Positions 1 to 13,825 of a DNA stretch of 64,000 nt are shown one piece after another. This stretch comes from Callorhinchus milii (lineage: Eukaryota). Position 1 is the first letter of the stretch; each line of letters begins with the position of its first letter. The notes beneath the pieces were generated by a model that had not been told where the DNA came from, did not search any database, and was given only the letters and a program-made list of their open reading frames with translations. The stretch covers positions 46,688,001-46,752,000 of the forward strand of contig NW_024704742.1 of NCBI RefSeq assembly GCF_018977255.1. Direction: 5' to 3'. The position numbers and the translations under genes are program-made.

Positions 1-1065
1 TGGAGGAAAGGGCGTGAGAAGGGAGTTAGCATAGTCAAGCCTGGACGTGAAGAGGGCATGGATGAGGGTCTCAGTAGCCTAAGGGGAGAGGGAGTGGTGG
101 CGGTGGGCAATGTTGCGGAGGTGAGGGAAGACAGAATGGGTCAGGGCATAAATGTGGGATTTAAAAGACAGTTGAGGGTCAAACAAGACACGAAAATTTC
201 ATATGTGAAGTGGAGTGTGCGTCCATGAATAGTGCTGTCAGCATCTGAGGTGTGGAGGTGCTGACGGGAACAAAGCAGGAGAGCCTCGGACTTGTTGACA
301 TTCAACTGGAGAAAGTTGGCTCTTGATGTTTGACAGAAATTCTGTCAGCACAGCAGTGGCCCAGGAGTTGAGGGTGGAGGAAGAGAGATAGAATTCAGTG
401 TCATTCACATACATGTGGAAGTTAACCCCACTCTGCAGATAACATCACTGAGCAGGAGCACATAATAATATAATAATAATCCTTGCATTTGATATAGCAC
501 TTTTCACGTCTTCTAGACGTCCCAAAGCGCTTCACAGAATATACCGTAAAGTGAATTGACTGTATATTTGTGGGCGAACGCGACAGCCAATTGCGCACAG
601 CAGTGTCCCACAAACAGTCGTAGATTGAAAATTACCAATTTATTATTGTTTTTTGTTTTGGAGGGATTATTATTAGGCGTGTGGAGTAAGGGAACTTGGC
701 CAAGGTTTCGCCCTCTGCCTGGAATTGAACTCACGTCTCTCGCTTGCAAAGCTAGTGCTCTAACCACTGAGCTACAGGACTCCACATAAATATTAAGTGG
801 GAGAGGACCAAAGACAGAGTGCCTGAGGAATGCCGCACATGATGTTGTGAGGACTGGAGGAGAAGCCACTAGCATATACAAAGTGGAGACGATGGGAAAG
901 GTAAGAGTGAACAGAACCATGAAGGTGAAGCTGAGAAGAGGCGCAGTGGAGAAGATTAGAGTGGTCAACAGTGTCTGAGACAGCAGAGATCGAGAAGGAC
1001 GAGAAGACAGATCTTGTCCTGGTCACAGATGAACAGAGTGTCATTTGTAACTTGACTAAGGCTTT
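1..1065 (-). mobile_element. Old L2 fragment interrupted by a SINE (462-783)
   Basis: Degenerate RT motifs (DTVDH, CGIPQ, NFLQLNVNK). Confidence 0.8.
462..783 (-). mobile_element. tRNA-Ala-derived SINE, short form
   Basis: Head GGAGTCCTGTAGCTCAGTGGTTAGAGC..TTTGCAA..GTTCAATTCC with A and B boxes; L2-type tail plus (TTA)n; CACATAA present at both ends. Confidence 0.9.
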
Positions 1066-2927
1066 AATACCTCTAATATACTAACAGTTCATGTCACAGC
1101 TTTTCTTCAGAAGCCGTGACTGCTATTTGACACTTTGTTCATCGGAAACAAATAATGAAATCGATAGGGCTCCCTGTTTAGTAAAATACGAGATTGTTTA
1201 AGTGCTGGGTATAGAATATGATTATGTATTTGTGATTCAATGTCAAATTAGTTTTTTAAAAAAACAAATGTATCGACTATGTGACTAGTATGCTTCATTA
1301 CCCAACGTAATGGAGAAGAAAAAAACATTATTTTTTTAAAAAGTGCAGACAGTTAAATTGGGAGCTTTCTAGGAAAGTTCAGAGCATTGGGACGAGTCAG
1401 TCACTCTACATCACGTTCACCATTCAGCTACTAGATCTTAGTAGGATTGGTAGAGTCTTACTATAAGCAAAATTCAGCATGATCTAGGAAATGGATGATA
1501 TAGATAATACACATGTGTACAAAATACGTACATACTACATCAACTAATATTGCTCTAAAATGTACATTTACGATTTTAGGCTAAACGTTTTTAAATCTTT
1601 TTATCTTATAATAGTAATAATCCTTGCATTTTTATAGTGCTTTATCGCACAGTCAAGATATCTCAAAGCGCTCCATAGGATTTCAATGTGAAGTGTCGTG
1701 ACTGTATTTTGTAGGTAATTTTACAATTCAAAGCGTTAGATTTTGTGAATCAGCTTAGCACTGTGCAGGATAGCGAAGGAAAATTAAAATTAATGGTACT
1801 GCTATCCCAATGACAGTGGTCAGTTTACATGTTGATGGTTGGTGACCAAATTTAATACTTAAACCTATAAAGATGAACTGTGACCATCAAATATAGTTAA
1901 TAGCAGGAATGCAATTACTAGGAATGTTTTGATATTGATATTTAATTTATATTTAATTTATATTACTCTGATAAACGTAATTTGTGATCTTCTGTTAAAG
2001 CTAAAGAAATCACTTTTTCTTGATCGTCTGTAATAAAAGGTCAGATTTCTGACACGTGTAAAAGTCTTTTTATAGGTTGATTCAGAGCCTAATCTGAGCA
2101 CTTTTCATTTATATTTTAGGTTTATTACTGTAAATTCCTAGAGTAACAGCATAAGAAGACTATTAAATTTACCAAATAGGAATATTTTTAAGATATGGAG
2201 GGCATACAAAATTCCAATCAGGCTCTCCAGATTTAAAGAAGCAAAGTTATTTTCAAAATGATCCATCAAATGAATCATCTACACAATTTGGTGAGAAACT
2301 GCTAAATTTCTCCAGTTACTCAAAGATGTAGCAAAGATGACCATTGTGACTTTCATCAGAAGAGTTTTCCAATGTAGCCTGCACTTTTGTGCCTATATAT
2401 TAAGTTATGTGTAATTCGACTAAATGTTTCCTTAGTAATTGGATTTAACATTGATCCAGTGAGGACAGTCACCTCGATTTCACCAGAGGGATGTACGCCA
2501 TCTCAAAAGCAATTTGCACAGTAAAGATACACGCTGAATTTCATCCAATTCATTAAAGATTCAAGATATTGACACTGAAAGACAAATTGAGTTCAATTTG
2601 AACAGCAGGCTAAAATGCTGAATTAAGGCTCCAGTCTCTTTGGGGATACGGGTTTGAACCTCACCAAAACTGAAGCTCTTTTGCATCTTCTTGCACTCTT
2701 CAACCGCAAAAAAGGTAATGTTGATGTACCACTGGTCATACAATTATGTCTACCTATCTACTTATCTTAAATATCAGGACAAATAAAGTAAAATGATCAC
2801 TATTAAAATTACAAATATTTTACAATCGAAAGTTAGTTATTTGATGTTGACAGCTTTCAATTTTAAATAGCCGGTTGAAATACAGGTTGCCTTTATCAAT
2901 ATCAGTGTAACGCATCGATTCACATAC

Positions 2928-2997
2928 CTTCTCATTGTTGTAGTAGGCCAAATTGTCACCATCAAACTTAACCCAGCGCTTCTGGAACATACAATTC
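2928..2997 (-). CDS. ARAP2: ARAP2 exon 7 (70 nt; NCMFQKRWVKFDGDNLAYYNNEK, PH1 domain)
   Basis: FQKRWVKFDG..YYNNEK PH motif. Acceptor TATAG|, donor AAG|GTATGT; phase 2 in, phase 0 out. Confidence 0.93.
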
Positions 2998-4233
2998 CTA
3001 TAATAAGGGAGGGGAAGAAAGAGAGAAGTCAATGTGCTTATGTGGTTAAGGCTGTTCTTCATTACAACAACAGTCAAAGAGGAAAGTCTTCAGGTGGAGG
3101 GATTGAGACAAAGAGTCCCAGAATTTTAGGACATAGTGGTTGAAAGCACAGCCGCTGCTGCTGAAGCCAAGAGAACAAGGGATGTGCAGGAGGTCAGAGC
3201 CCGCTGAGAGAAGAGGACAGGTGGAGGAGTAGGATGTAAGCAGGTCAGAGAGATCATGAGGTGCTAGGCGAGTGTGATTTATACACGAGTGTGAGGATCT
3301 TGAAACCACTAACAGTGAAGCTAAAGTATTATAAAGCTTTAATAGTTTCAGTGGTTCTGTTACTCTCCCTTAAGAAGTTTGAATTTGCTTTTAAACACAA
3401 GGTGACAAACATAATTGGCAGCAATGCTGACAATAATAATAATCCTTAATTTGATATAACTCCTTTTACGTCAAGAGGATGTCTCAAAGCACTTTACAAG
3501 ATATATTATAAAGTGTAACGACTGTGTGTTTTGGGGTGAACCATGATGTATGATATTGACTCTGGGTTTCAAAAGCACACTACAATGTGGAGAAACTGTA
3601 CAGGACTAACGGGTAATAGATTTACACAGACTATTTTGTGCTCCTACAACCTTGATTCAACAAGTATATGGAATGTAGATATCGCCATTTTAAGGCTGCA
3701 GAAGATAGATAGAAAAATTCATAACAAAATCATTTCAATTTATGAGCAATATAAAATAGACCTCATCAATTCAGTGCAACAGAAGCATCTCTTCATTAAA
3801 AGGATGTTTGCAACAGGACAATTTAATATCCAGCATGATAGTACCATACATAACCTGACCTGTGTCAGCTACCCAGAAATATCAGGATCTAGATAGAGAA
3901 CAGATGAGAACATACTAAAAATATATCCTTCTATTCAGGCCAAATACTTGTAGTCTGCAGTCATGATTGCATTTGCAAGGCACAAGATTAATAATAAGAT
4001 AGTTTGACATTAAGGAATTCACTCCATTATATATCTAAAGAAAAAAAAAGAACAATTTTCTTAACACAAAACGGGGGCAAAACACATACTGCAAGAATTA
4101 ATTCAGGGGCTTTGAGCTTACAGTCTAGGATGACACTCCAATGCAGACTTGAGGAAGCATTATATTGTCAGAGGTGCCGCCCTTTGTATGAGACATTAAA
4201 CTGATGTACCGTATGCCTGTTCAGGTGGACTTT

Positions 4234-4510
4234 AACAACAACAACAACAAGATTCCATTTATTGAGCGCCTTTCACGTCGGGAGGACGTCCCAAGGCGCT
4301 GTACAGTTGGGTCAGGACCCGAGCAAGGGGGAAATGGTCAGGGTGAGGGAAGGGAGGGAGCGAGGAGGGGGTAGAGAGTCGAGAGGGGAGCTGAAGGCAC
4401 GGTCATAGAGAAAGGTCTTGAGACCGGCCTTGAAGGAGGAAAGGGAGGAGGTGGTGAAGGCACTGAGGGATAGAGTTCCAGAGCCGCACTGGGGGATAGA
4501 GTTCCAGAGT
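4234..4510 (-). mobile_element. L2 3' end inserted into a DeuSINE (4105-4232 and 4511-4740, +)
   Basis: Same tail as the 5780 copy. Flanks rejoin as Deu-domain sequence (CAGGTGGAC...AAGATCC). Confidence 0.85.
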
Positions 4511-5779
4511 CTGGAAGATCCTGTCAACATTTTGGAAGGAGAACGGAGTTTCTTCCAGTGTCCCGGCCAACAATCCCCCAGATAGAAAATTAGTCATTCG
4601 CTTCACAGCTATTTGTGGGACATTGATGTGTGCAAACTGGCTGCCATGTTAGCCTACAAATAATTACTGCATTATGTAGAACAGTCTGTGAAGCATTTAA
4701 AGTGCATCAACATGATAATATGCTACATCAAATGTTTATTTTTATATTAAATGTTTATAGTAATATGTGACAAAAGACCAGCAATTGCAGTAATTTTGCC
4801 TCCTGAATACAAGTTTGGGATTGAAAAGTCCCCTCCACTCCCCCAACTCTGGGGAATGGTTCCCTCTCCAGGCCATGCAGATTTCAAAACATTCACTTCT
4901 TTGAAAAAAAAGTGCAGTAGATTAATTGCTGCTCGGACACCCAGAAATAACTGTAAGCCCAATGTACACTAGCTAAGGTAAAGCATAGCTTTCCTCTTCT
5001 GAAGGTAGGAGCAGCTGCCTCTAGAGATAAAATTCTCCACAATATCAGGTATTTGGCACTGTATCAATCTGCCTTAGATATAGGCACAGGATCAGTTGGC
5101 AATAATCAAACTCCTAGTTTGGATTATTGAGAAGAGCATTCAGGTAATAGAGAAATGGGCCTGATGTACAGAGTATATTTCTCACACTATTAAAACCTGA
5201 ATATGAACCCTAATGAAAATGCCATTTCTTTGGCAACACGATGAAACCAGAAAAAAATAAATTGTTCCAAATCCCAGAACTTGGCTTTCTTTTCAATCTC
5301 GGTTAGCAAATAAGAGGCTGAAATCCAGTCACGATTAACAAAGTCAGGGCTGCACGCCATGAGGCCTTCGTACATTTAAACAGCTCATTAACTACATCTA
5401 GTGGAAATAATCAAGCAGTACACGAAGTACAGCAGGTTTGGCCAGGTTTACTGGATATCTGTAAATGTCAACACAATTGCATTACAAACCTGTGCATTCT
5501 GGAAAACAATCATGTTAACCTTTGCCCCATTTATTTTGTAAGCCACAAACAATATTGTGCAATCAACTCTTGGTTACAAGCAAAGGAAGTGGGTAAGGCC
5601 AACACAACAACCTCATGAAATAATACGTAGCATGAACATAATGTATCATAAAGAAGACCCAATACACACCCACTCCGCCCCGCTCCCCCCATATCCCATG
5701 GCTTAAAAATGGACTACATGTGTATAAAAAGATCAATTGTTTTAGCAAGAAACTAAGTATATTGTGTGCTGCTTGATTA

Positions 5780-7286
5780 CAACAACAACAACAAGATTCC
5801 ATTTATAGAGCGCCTTTCACGTCAGGAGGACGTCCCAAGGCGCTGTACAGTTGGGTCAGGACCCGAGCAGGGGGGAAATGGTCAGGGTGAGGGGAGGGAA
5901 GGGAGGGAGCGAGGAGGGGGTAGAGAGTCGAGAGGGGAGCTGAAGGCACGGTCAAAGAGAAAGGTCTTGAGACCGGCCTTGAAGGAGGAAAGGGAGGAGG
6001 CGGCGAAGGCACTGGGGGATGGAGTTCCAGAGCCTCGGGGCTGAGAGGCTGAAGGCCCGGCCACCGATGGTAGGGCGGTTGGAGCGGGGGATGTGGAGCA
6101 GACCGGAGCCAGAGGAACGGAGGGTACGGGCAGGTAGGTAGGGGGATAGTAGGTTGGAGAGGTAGGAGGGAGCGAGGCCGTGAATGGCCTTGTAGGTGAG
6201 GATGAGGATCTTGAATTCGATCCTCTGGGGATGGGGAGCCAGTGGAGGCGAGCGAGGGTGGGAGTGATGTGGTCCCGAAGCCTGGTGCGGGACAGTACAC
6301 GAGCTGCAGAGTTCTGAATGACCTGCAGCTTGTGGAGGGAGGTGGCGGGAAGGCCGGCGAGGAGAGAGTTCCCATAGTCCAGCCTTGAGGTGACAAAGGC
6401 GTGGACCAGAGTTTCAGCAGCGTGAGGGGTGAGGTAGTGCCGTAGTCTGGCGATATTCCGGAGGTGATGGAAGGCGGTGCCAGTTGTGGCGCAGATATGA
6501 GGGAGAAAGGACAGCTCAGTGTCGAACAGAACCCCGAGGTTCCTGACGGCTTTGAGAGGTGGAGAGTGCAGCCTTGGATGCTGATGCTGTCAGCGCCTGA
6601 GGTGCGGAGGCGCTGACGTGAGCCAATCAGGAGGGCCTCAGTTTTGCGCACGTTGAGCTGAAGAAAGTTGTCTCTCGTCCAGGACTCGATGTCGGACAGG
6701 CAGCTGTCAGGACATCGGTGGTCGTGGAGTTGAGGGTAGAGGAGGAAAGGTAGAGTTGGGTGTCATCCGCATACATGTGGAAGTTAACCCCATGTCTGCG
6801 GATGATGTCACCAAGGGGGAGCATATAGAGGGTGAAGAGGAGGGGACCGAGGACAGAGCCTTGAGGGACACCACACGAGACAGTGCGGGGGCTGGAGGAA
6901 AAGCCATTCGTGGAAACATAGTGAAGATGGTGGGAGAGGTACGACCTAAACCACTCAAGGAAGGTTGAGGTGGGAGGACAAGCGGTGGAGGAGGATAGCG
7001 TGGTCGACCGTATCGAATGCTGCCGATAGGTCGAGGAGGACGAGGAGACAGAGGGAGCCCTGGTCACAGATGGTCAGGATATCATTGGTGACCTTGACCA
7101 GGGCAATTTCTGTGCTATGGGCAGCACGGAAACCCGACTGAAGGGGTTCGAATAGTGAATGGGTGGAGAGGAAAGAGCGCAGCTGGGAGGCGACAACTCG
7201 TTCCAGGACCTTGGACAGAAAGGGGAGGTTGGAGGGGCCGGTAGCTTGAAAGCTGCGACGCATCAAGGGAGGGTTTTTTCAAGATT
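5780..7286 (-). mobile_element. L2 LINE, 5'-truncated, young subfamily
   Basis: RT fragments [30 protein letters not shown] and LHWLP-type C-terminus; 3' stem-loop and (TTG)n tail; frameshifted. Confidence 0.93.
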
Positions 7287-7346
7287 ACTGCTTGATCCGA
7301 GACACTACCCCACGTGAAGGGCATTGTTTAAATGCAAGTTGCTGTT

Positions 7347-7575
7347 GTTACAATAAAAATGCCAAGAATGCATTGCCTGAAAGGTTGGTGGTAGCCAATT
7401 CGATAACAGCTTTTAAGAGAGAAATAGGTAATTATTTGGGGAGGACAAGTTTGCAGGGCTATGGGGAGAGAGCGGAGGAGTGGGATTGATTTTGTGTGCT
7501 CTTTTCAAAGAGTCGGCACAGACATGATGGGCCGAATGGCCTCCTTCTGTGCTGTACAATTCTATGATTGTATGA
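7347..7575 (+). mobile_element. CR1 3' end fragment
   Basis: NALPERLVVANSITAFKRE..QGYG; tail GGGCCGAATGGCC..TTCTATGATT. Confidence 0.85.
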
Positions 7576-10033
7576 ATGTTTATCTTCAGACAGCTATATT
7601 CCCACAGCTAGAAACTGTTTCTGCTTGGCTTCCAGCTGAGCAAAGAAAAGGCTACCTCTCACCAGGTTGATCATGTACAGAGGTCAGTTTTGCTGCCTGT
7701 TTGATGTTTTGATTCAATTGGTCGATAATACTTAGGCTTAAGGCATTCATGCACAACTATCAACTTGCTTTGAGGAAGAGTGATTTCTGCCTATTGCACA
7801 AATCATTTTTGTGCACCTAAACTCATTCCTGCAGTGAACAAAAAAAATGCTTTCTTCAAGGTCACAAACAGCAATAGCATAACATTCACAATGTTATATG
7901 AATGTTATGCTATTGCTGCAGTGCAGAAGTACTATACAATAGGATGGAAACATATAGAGTGTTTCGGTTTTTATCAGATGTCTACAGAAAGGGGCAAATA
8001 AGAGCCAGTGGGTGAAAAATATCATTTTTTTATACTCCTGGAATTAAAATTAGTTCTAGGGTTAAAGTTTACATAGTCATTTTAACATATAAAACAATTT
8101 GCGTTTATATAGTGCCCTTTACGCAGGAGAGTGTCTCAGAGTGCTGCACAGTGGTGGGGTTGGACGCCAAGCAAGGAAAAGGGAGAGGCGACGATAGATG
8201 CAGTCAAAGAGGTAGGGTCGCTCGCAATCCAAAGTGCTTCATGTTGAAGTGATGGGAGCCCGACCAGGATGGGTTAACAGGGAAGGGGTAAGGAGTGGGC
8301 AGTCCAATAAATCTACTTTGTTCTTAATCGTATTTGCTAGGTGTGGTCTGTGCAAAAGCAACTGAGTGACACACCCAGACGTCCAAGAATTTTGATAAGA
8401 CCATTTCTGAACACAGCTAAAATCTAGCACCTTGGGACGTCCTCCCAACGTGAAAGGCGCTCTATAAATGTAATTTTTTTGTTGTTGTTGTTGTTGTAGG
8501 AAAATAGGCATGTACAGGACCAACAAATACATCGCAATTCACCTGGTGCCTATATTCACACCTCTTAATCGATTTCTTCATCAAATAGCTATTTAACTTG
8601 CTTTGGAATTTGTTGACACTGTCTCCCTAAGCAACAATGTCATTGCCCTTTGCTAAACCCTCTGCAATACCAAGATGTCCTAACACAATATGCTGCCGGA
8701 ATTGTATGTGACACTCCAAGTGCTCTGTTCAAGGTTCAATATCACTACCTATAACACGTGCTCTCTTCATCTACATAGACCAGCATTTATACTGCACCAA
8801 TCTACAAATCAATGTGCTACTGATAACAGCTTCTCCACAAGGTCTCAGCAGCCAGACTCCAATGAGATTAGTTACCAGATTATGCGACACAACCCAAATT
8901 TATACTGATTTTATAAGCATTATATAAACTAGATATCAGTTTATTATAATTAGGTAAATGCTTCTGCAACAAATCTAGCATAATTTGTATTGCAGGAGGC
9001 AAGTAAAAAGTTCCAGAACTGCAAATTTTAAGAAGGTACTGCAGGAAAGTCAATTTTTGTATAAACGTCTAAAAAGACTATGTAAATTCCAGAAGGTGGG
9101 TAACTGTGCAGAAGGCAATAAGGGAAATAACTATAGACAACTGTTAATATCAGTGTGAGGCGAGGGGGATAAATTAAATGGGTTAAATCTAAATAGGATG
9201 GCCCACTGTGCTTGTATGTGTGTGGGGGGAGAAATATATCACACACGTTGTATCAGTGTTTGCTCCTCCAAGAAGCTATCCATTCTTATTTGGTCAGCCA
9301 GGTGTCTGACACATACAGAAACCAATTACGTGGTCCAATTATTTTCTGAATGCCCCAATCGACTGCTCTAACAGGCAGCAGTTGCAAATCATTCCACAAT
9401 CTGAAAACCCACTGGGAAAACAAGTTCTTCCAAACCTCCCCAAGGAATAATCTTGAATTCATGTCCTCTTGCCCTTGAATCGCCTAACTGTAGGGAGTGT
9501 GTTTCTTGTTCAGGCAAGAAGGTGCACAATTTCTGTGCAAATACAATGAGATTTCTGTGCGAATGCAATGGAAGTACAAATGGAAAAACAGCAGAGCAAT
9601 TCCAAATAATTAGTTCAATAATGCTATAATAATTAATGATCCACTCAGTCATTAAGAACATAAACATGGGACAATATTTTGCATGGGTTTACATTATAGA
9701 GTTTTTTTATACTACATTATTCAATAACCTTAATAGTTTTACTCCATATTGAGCTAGGGTCAAACAATCCAACACAATCCTCTAATGTTTAAAGATGGTT
9801 AATCAGGTCTTGTTACTCCATTGCAATGACATATCTAACCTATGTACACAGTGGAGCAATTTTGAATCCACAAAAGAGATCCTCATCATAATTGTTAAAA
9901 GTAACTATAAATTCAAGAAAATTTACTACTGTTATTACAGCAGCATCCTTCCAATTCAAAGAAAACACTAGAGAAGTAAATGATCATAACCCTTTTTTAA
10001 AATATAGATAGAAAAAATATGGTATTTATATAC

Positions 10034-10387
10034 CCTTGTGGTGAAAGCTTATCCAGCCAGCCTTCTTTTGTACTCTTTGCTGCACCATAGAAGCAAGCGT
10101 AGGGTGATATTTCTACGTCACTGTGAATATCTGAATCACTGTTTAGGGATCGTCTTCCCAAGTCAAATTGCATTGGGTGACCTTCGCTATATGCAAAATT
10201 GCTGGTACTTGTTGCTTGCACGCTCTCATAGACTTCAGCTGTTGTAGTATATTCAGATCTAAGCTTCCAGACACTGTTATCCACTGTAGAATGTTCAGTC
10301 TTGGAGTCCTTCTTTGTCGAACAACCACCCAAGTGTGAAGATTTCTGCTTATCATGATCGGCACACAATTTGGTCTGATCATGGTTC
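10034..10387 (-). CDS. ARAP2: ARAP2 exon 6 (354 nt; ends ISPYACFYGAAKSTKEGWLDKLSPQG, start of PH1)
   Basis: ISPYACFYG and GWLDKLSPQG are ARAP-family motifs. Acceptor TTTTATTAACAG|, donor GG|GTATAT; phase 2/2. Confidence 0.93.
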
Positions 10388-12915
10388 CTGTTAATAAAAT
10401 TTAAAAAAATACAAGATTACTCTTCCTGAAAATGATCTTGAGACCCCATTTCAAGAACCTCCTCTTCGACCGTACCTTCGGCCACCCTTCTCCCCCATCC
10501 ACTGCCCTCCACCCTCCCTGATCCCAACCCCCAGCTCGGGTCCGAAACACTGATTGTCCAGCACCTTGGGACGTCCTCCAGACATGAAAGGCGCTAATAC
10601 AAATGTAATTTGTTGTTGTTATTGTTGTAGCCTTGAGAATGAGTAACAAAATGTTGAGCAATTGACAGCCTCAATTCGCATAACATAGAATGATATTGCA
10701 TAGAAATAAGCTATTCAGCCCAATTGGATATAACTGTAACCTGCAACAGTAGTCAATATTATATAAAGATATGAGATCAGTTGTAAATTTCATCATTTCA
10801 ATTTTTCTTTAAAAATGTTGGCGCCGTAAGGAGAAAAAGAGAAGTGGTATGTAGTGCCACGTAATATCCTAAAAGGGGTAAGGGGAAAAAAAATCAAAAC
10901 AATAAAGGGTTTTTAAATTGGAACGAGTACCAACTAAATGCTTTGAGTGTGTTGCCAGCTGAGACAAAGGTCAATATGGAGAAAAGATCTGAATCCATTA
11001 AATGGATGTCATACTTATTTAAGAAACAGCTTGAAGCTGTAATAGGAATGTGATAGTTGGCTATTCTAGAAGGCTCAACTCTGTGAGTCACTTCAAGTTC
11101 AAGTCAAATCATTTTTGCTGGCCTTTTTCTAAACACTCTAATCCTTCAAGGTCTTGTTGAATGTGTCAGTGAACAAACTTTCTTCTAATATTCTAAAATT
11201 GCCCTCGCTAATGGTCAATATAGCTTGAGCAAACCTGGTTCAATTTGCTGGATAGTTAGATCCTCTTTAGATACTTTCAGCACTTGACGATCCTTGGTAA
11301 TAACCACCTGAGAATGACTGCTTAATAACTACATCATTTTCTTTTCCACTTATCAGTGGATAAATATTTATATGTTCACGGTTCAGATTTACTTCTCCAA
11401 CATGCAACACCTGCAAACTGGAGACTTCATAACAATATCTTAGATAAAAAAATTCTTAAAGTTTCACGTCAGAAGGCTGTCCCAACTTCAAAATATACTG
11501 TTCATAAGGAATATTGGGCCATGAAAGACAAAACAGCCAAGCCTAATCCAATCGTCACCTGTGCACCTTCCAGTAAGCGTGTCAGGATAGTAATCATGAG
11601 AGAAATTCAGGCTTATGTCTCCCTCATTAATCCAGAATGGGAATGTCAATTATAGCACATCAACTGATAAGCAAAATCAGCATTGACTGGATCCGAGCCT
11701 CTGACCTTCTGACCTGCATGAGCTAATGCTGCAATTAGCAGTGCCTTTTCCCACTAAACCGTAGGGGGAAAGCAGACCAGATGCTCTTCACTGACATCCA
11801 GGCAGTTGTGAGATGCAGCTGTTTGAAAACGCACACTCTGCAATTGCATAGTGTTAATCTAAGGGAGAACTGGAGACCACGGGAGAAGGTTGAGTGGTAA
11901 AAAAAGCCCAAGACTGATGCATGCTAATGGACTGAAGCCAGATTCTGTTTCCAAAACAGCAGTGAGGTAAATCACTAGAACTTATGGTGTCTGTTCAACT
12001 CCTCCAACCACGTGAGCCCTTCTCAGTCAGGAATTAACAGGCCTGGTTTGTTGTCCTTGAATGGGACAAAAATCATGGAAATTAATGCCAGACAGAAAAT
12101 AATGGTTTTCCTGTTCGCATGAGGTAAAAGTATTCATGTGTTGCCTTTACTTATACAGTTTCACTTACACTTACTTTAAACTAGGAAAGTCACAAAGGAA
12201 AAGTTGTATTTTAGTTCACTTGGGGAAAAGTGATAAAAATAATTGGGAAATCCTTGGCACGCATGTTTAAAATCAAATATAGCTTTCATAGTTTCCTGTA
12301 TTTTAAAAATACAGTGAAGGATTCAGTGCTTGGTTATGATGCAGCAATTTAGTTCTCTCCACTGGTAGGGGCATGTCTGGCTGCAGTCAGGAATTTCCTG
12401 AGAATAAATTATAACCATTTGTGGTTAACAGAGATCAGTGGCCAACTCCAACATAACTCAGTTCTGCCTCTTCTTCAGGAACACTGGTAACCTCATGCAT
12501 AGCATTTATTACTCTAACATAAAATATACCGGTTTATCCAACTAATGAGGTAAAATTCCACTTGGGTCTAGGTTAAATTGATTCATTAATATTGTATTTC
12601 TGAAAAATTGTTGAATTCAGTTTTAACTTTGAAAGCTGTTTTTTGTAGTTCTTCGAAAATAAGTTTCTAGGAAATAAGATTCAAAAATAAAAATTGTTTA
12701 AGAAGTTGACAAATTCTGGATGCTCTAATCTAAGCCCAGGTAGATTTTCTACCCATAAATATTTTAGGCAATCTGTCACTCACATATGCATTCAGAGACT
12801 CGGATAACATGCATCAGCAGGTTTAAACCATTAGAAACACTAATTAAAACAAATGTAGCAAAGAAAAGCAACAGCACCATAACCAGAGCAAAATAAAAAT
12901 GGATAATTTCTTGAC

Positions 12916-12998
12916 CTGGAGTCAATGTTTGTCCCCATTTCTTCATTCTTCGCTCTGGTCGATGTTTCAGTAATGTACAGAGCAACTTTGTTCAAATC
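12916..12998 (-). CDS. ARAP2: ARAP2 exon 5 (83 nt; DLNKVALYITETSTRAKNEEMGTNIDS)
   Basis: Acceptor CTTTATGTCATCAG|, weaker donor CAG|GTCAAG. Phase 0 in and phase 2 out exactly bridge exons 4 and 6 with an open frame. Peptide is poorly conserved. Confidence 0.7.
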
Positions 12999-13751
12999 CT
13001 GATGACATAAAGAAGTTATACTTTCATATGGGAGATACAGAACTTACACACATTTGATTTGATGTACTTCAATAATAATAAGCAGTTCCAGCGATTAATT
13101 TTTAAAGAGAACTCATGCCTGACCACATTTCTATCATTTTATTGTGGAGGTTGAAGAGATGATTTTGAAAGCGTCAACAGGACACATATCACATCCCAAC
13201 ATTCAGGTTGGATAGCTACATCAAAGCATTTACAACAACAATAACTTGCATTGTACAGCACCCCTCATGCATGGTAGAGTCCCAGAGCGCTTGACAGTGG
13301 AGGAGCACAACGCCAAGCCAGGGGGAGGGGGAGGTGACCTTAGGCATGGTCGAATAGGAAGATCTTCAGGCCGACCTGGCTGCATCTGGGGTTAGGCACG
13401 GTTGGGGACGGGTAATGTGGCAGAGATGGAGGAAGGTGGTCCTGGTCAGGGACCGGAATTGGGTAAGGAAGAACAGCTGCGAATATATTGTAAAGTGGAT
13501 TGACTGTGTATTTTAACAAATAATTTGTTAACTAGGTTTTAACTAGTTTGCTAGCATGGGGCACAGCAATGTCTCGATTATCAGTATCAATTCAAATCAG
13601 TGTTCACATTTCATCAACATCAATGACAATGCAAATTAACCAGTGAGAAAATAACATAAACAATTGTACCATAAAAGTTTACAATCTGAATAAGAAAGTA
13701 TAACTCAATTCGCCTGTACTAATGGGAATAGTTTTAGATTAACAAACCTAC

Positions 13752-13825
13752 CTCACTGTCTTCTGGATGTTGGTACAGGAATGTTTCCCCATATGGACTG
13801 ATAGGAGATGGCCTATTTTCATCAT
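13752..13825 (-). CDS. ARAP2: ARAP2 exon 4 (74 nt; DDENRPSPISPYGETFLYQHPEDSE)
   Basis: Carries the PYGETFL motif of ARAP2. Acceptor ACAG|, donor GAG|GTAGGT; phase 1 in, phase 0 out. Confidence 0.88.

Noticed and set aside
422..613. Recurring short ORFs [22 protein letters not shown] suggesting a peptide family
   Set aside because: Translations of the SINE tail, with inconsistent starts and frames.
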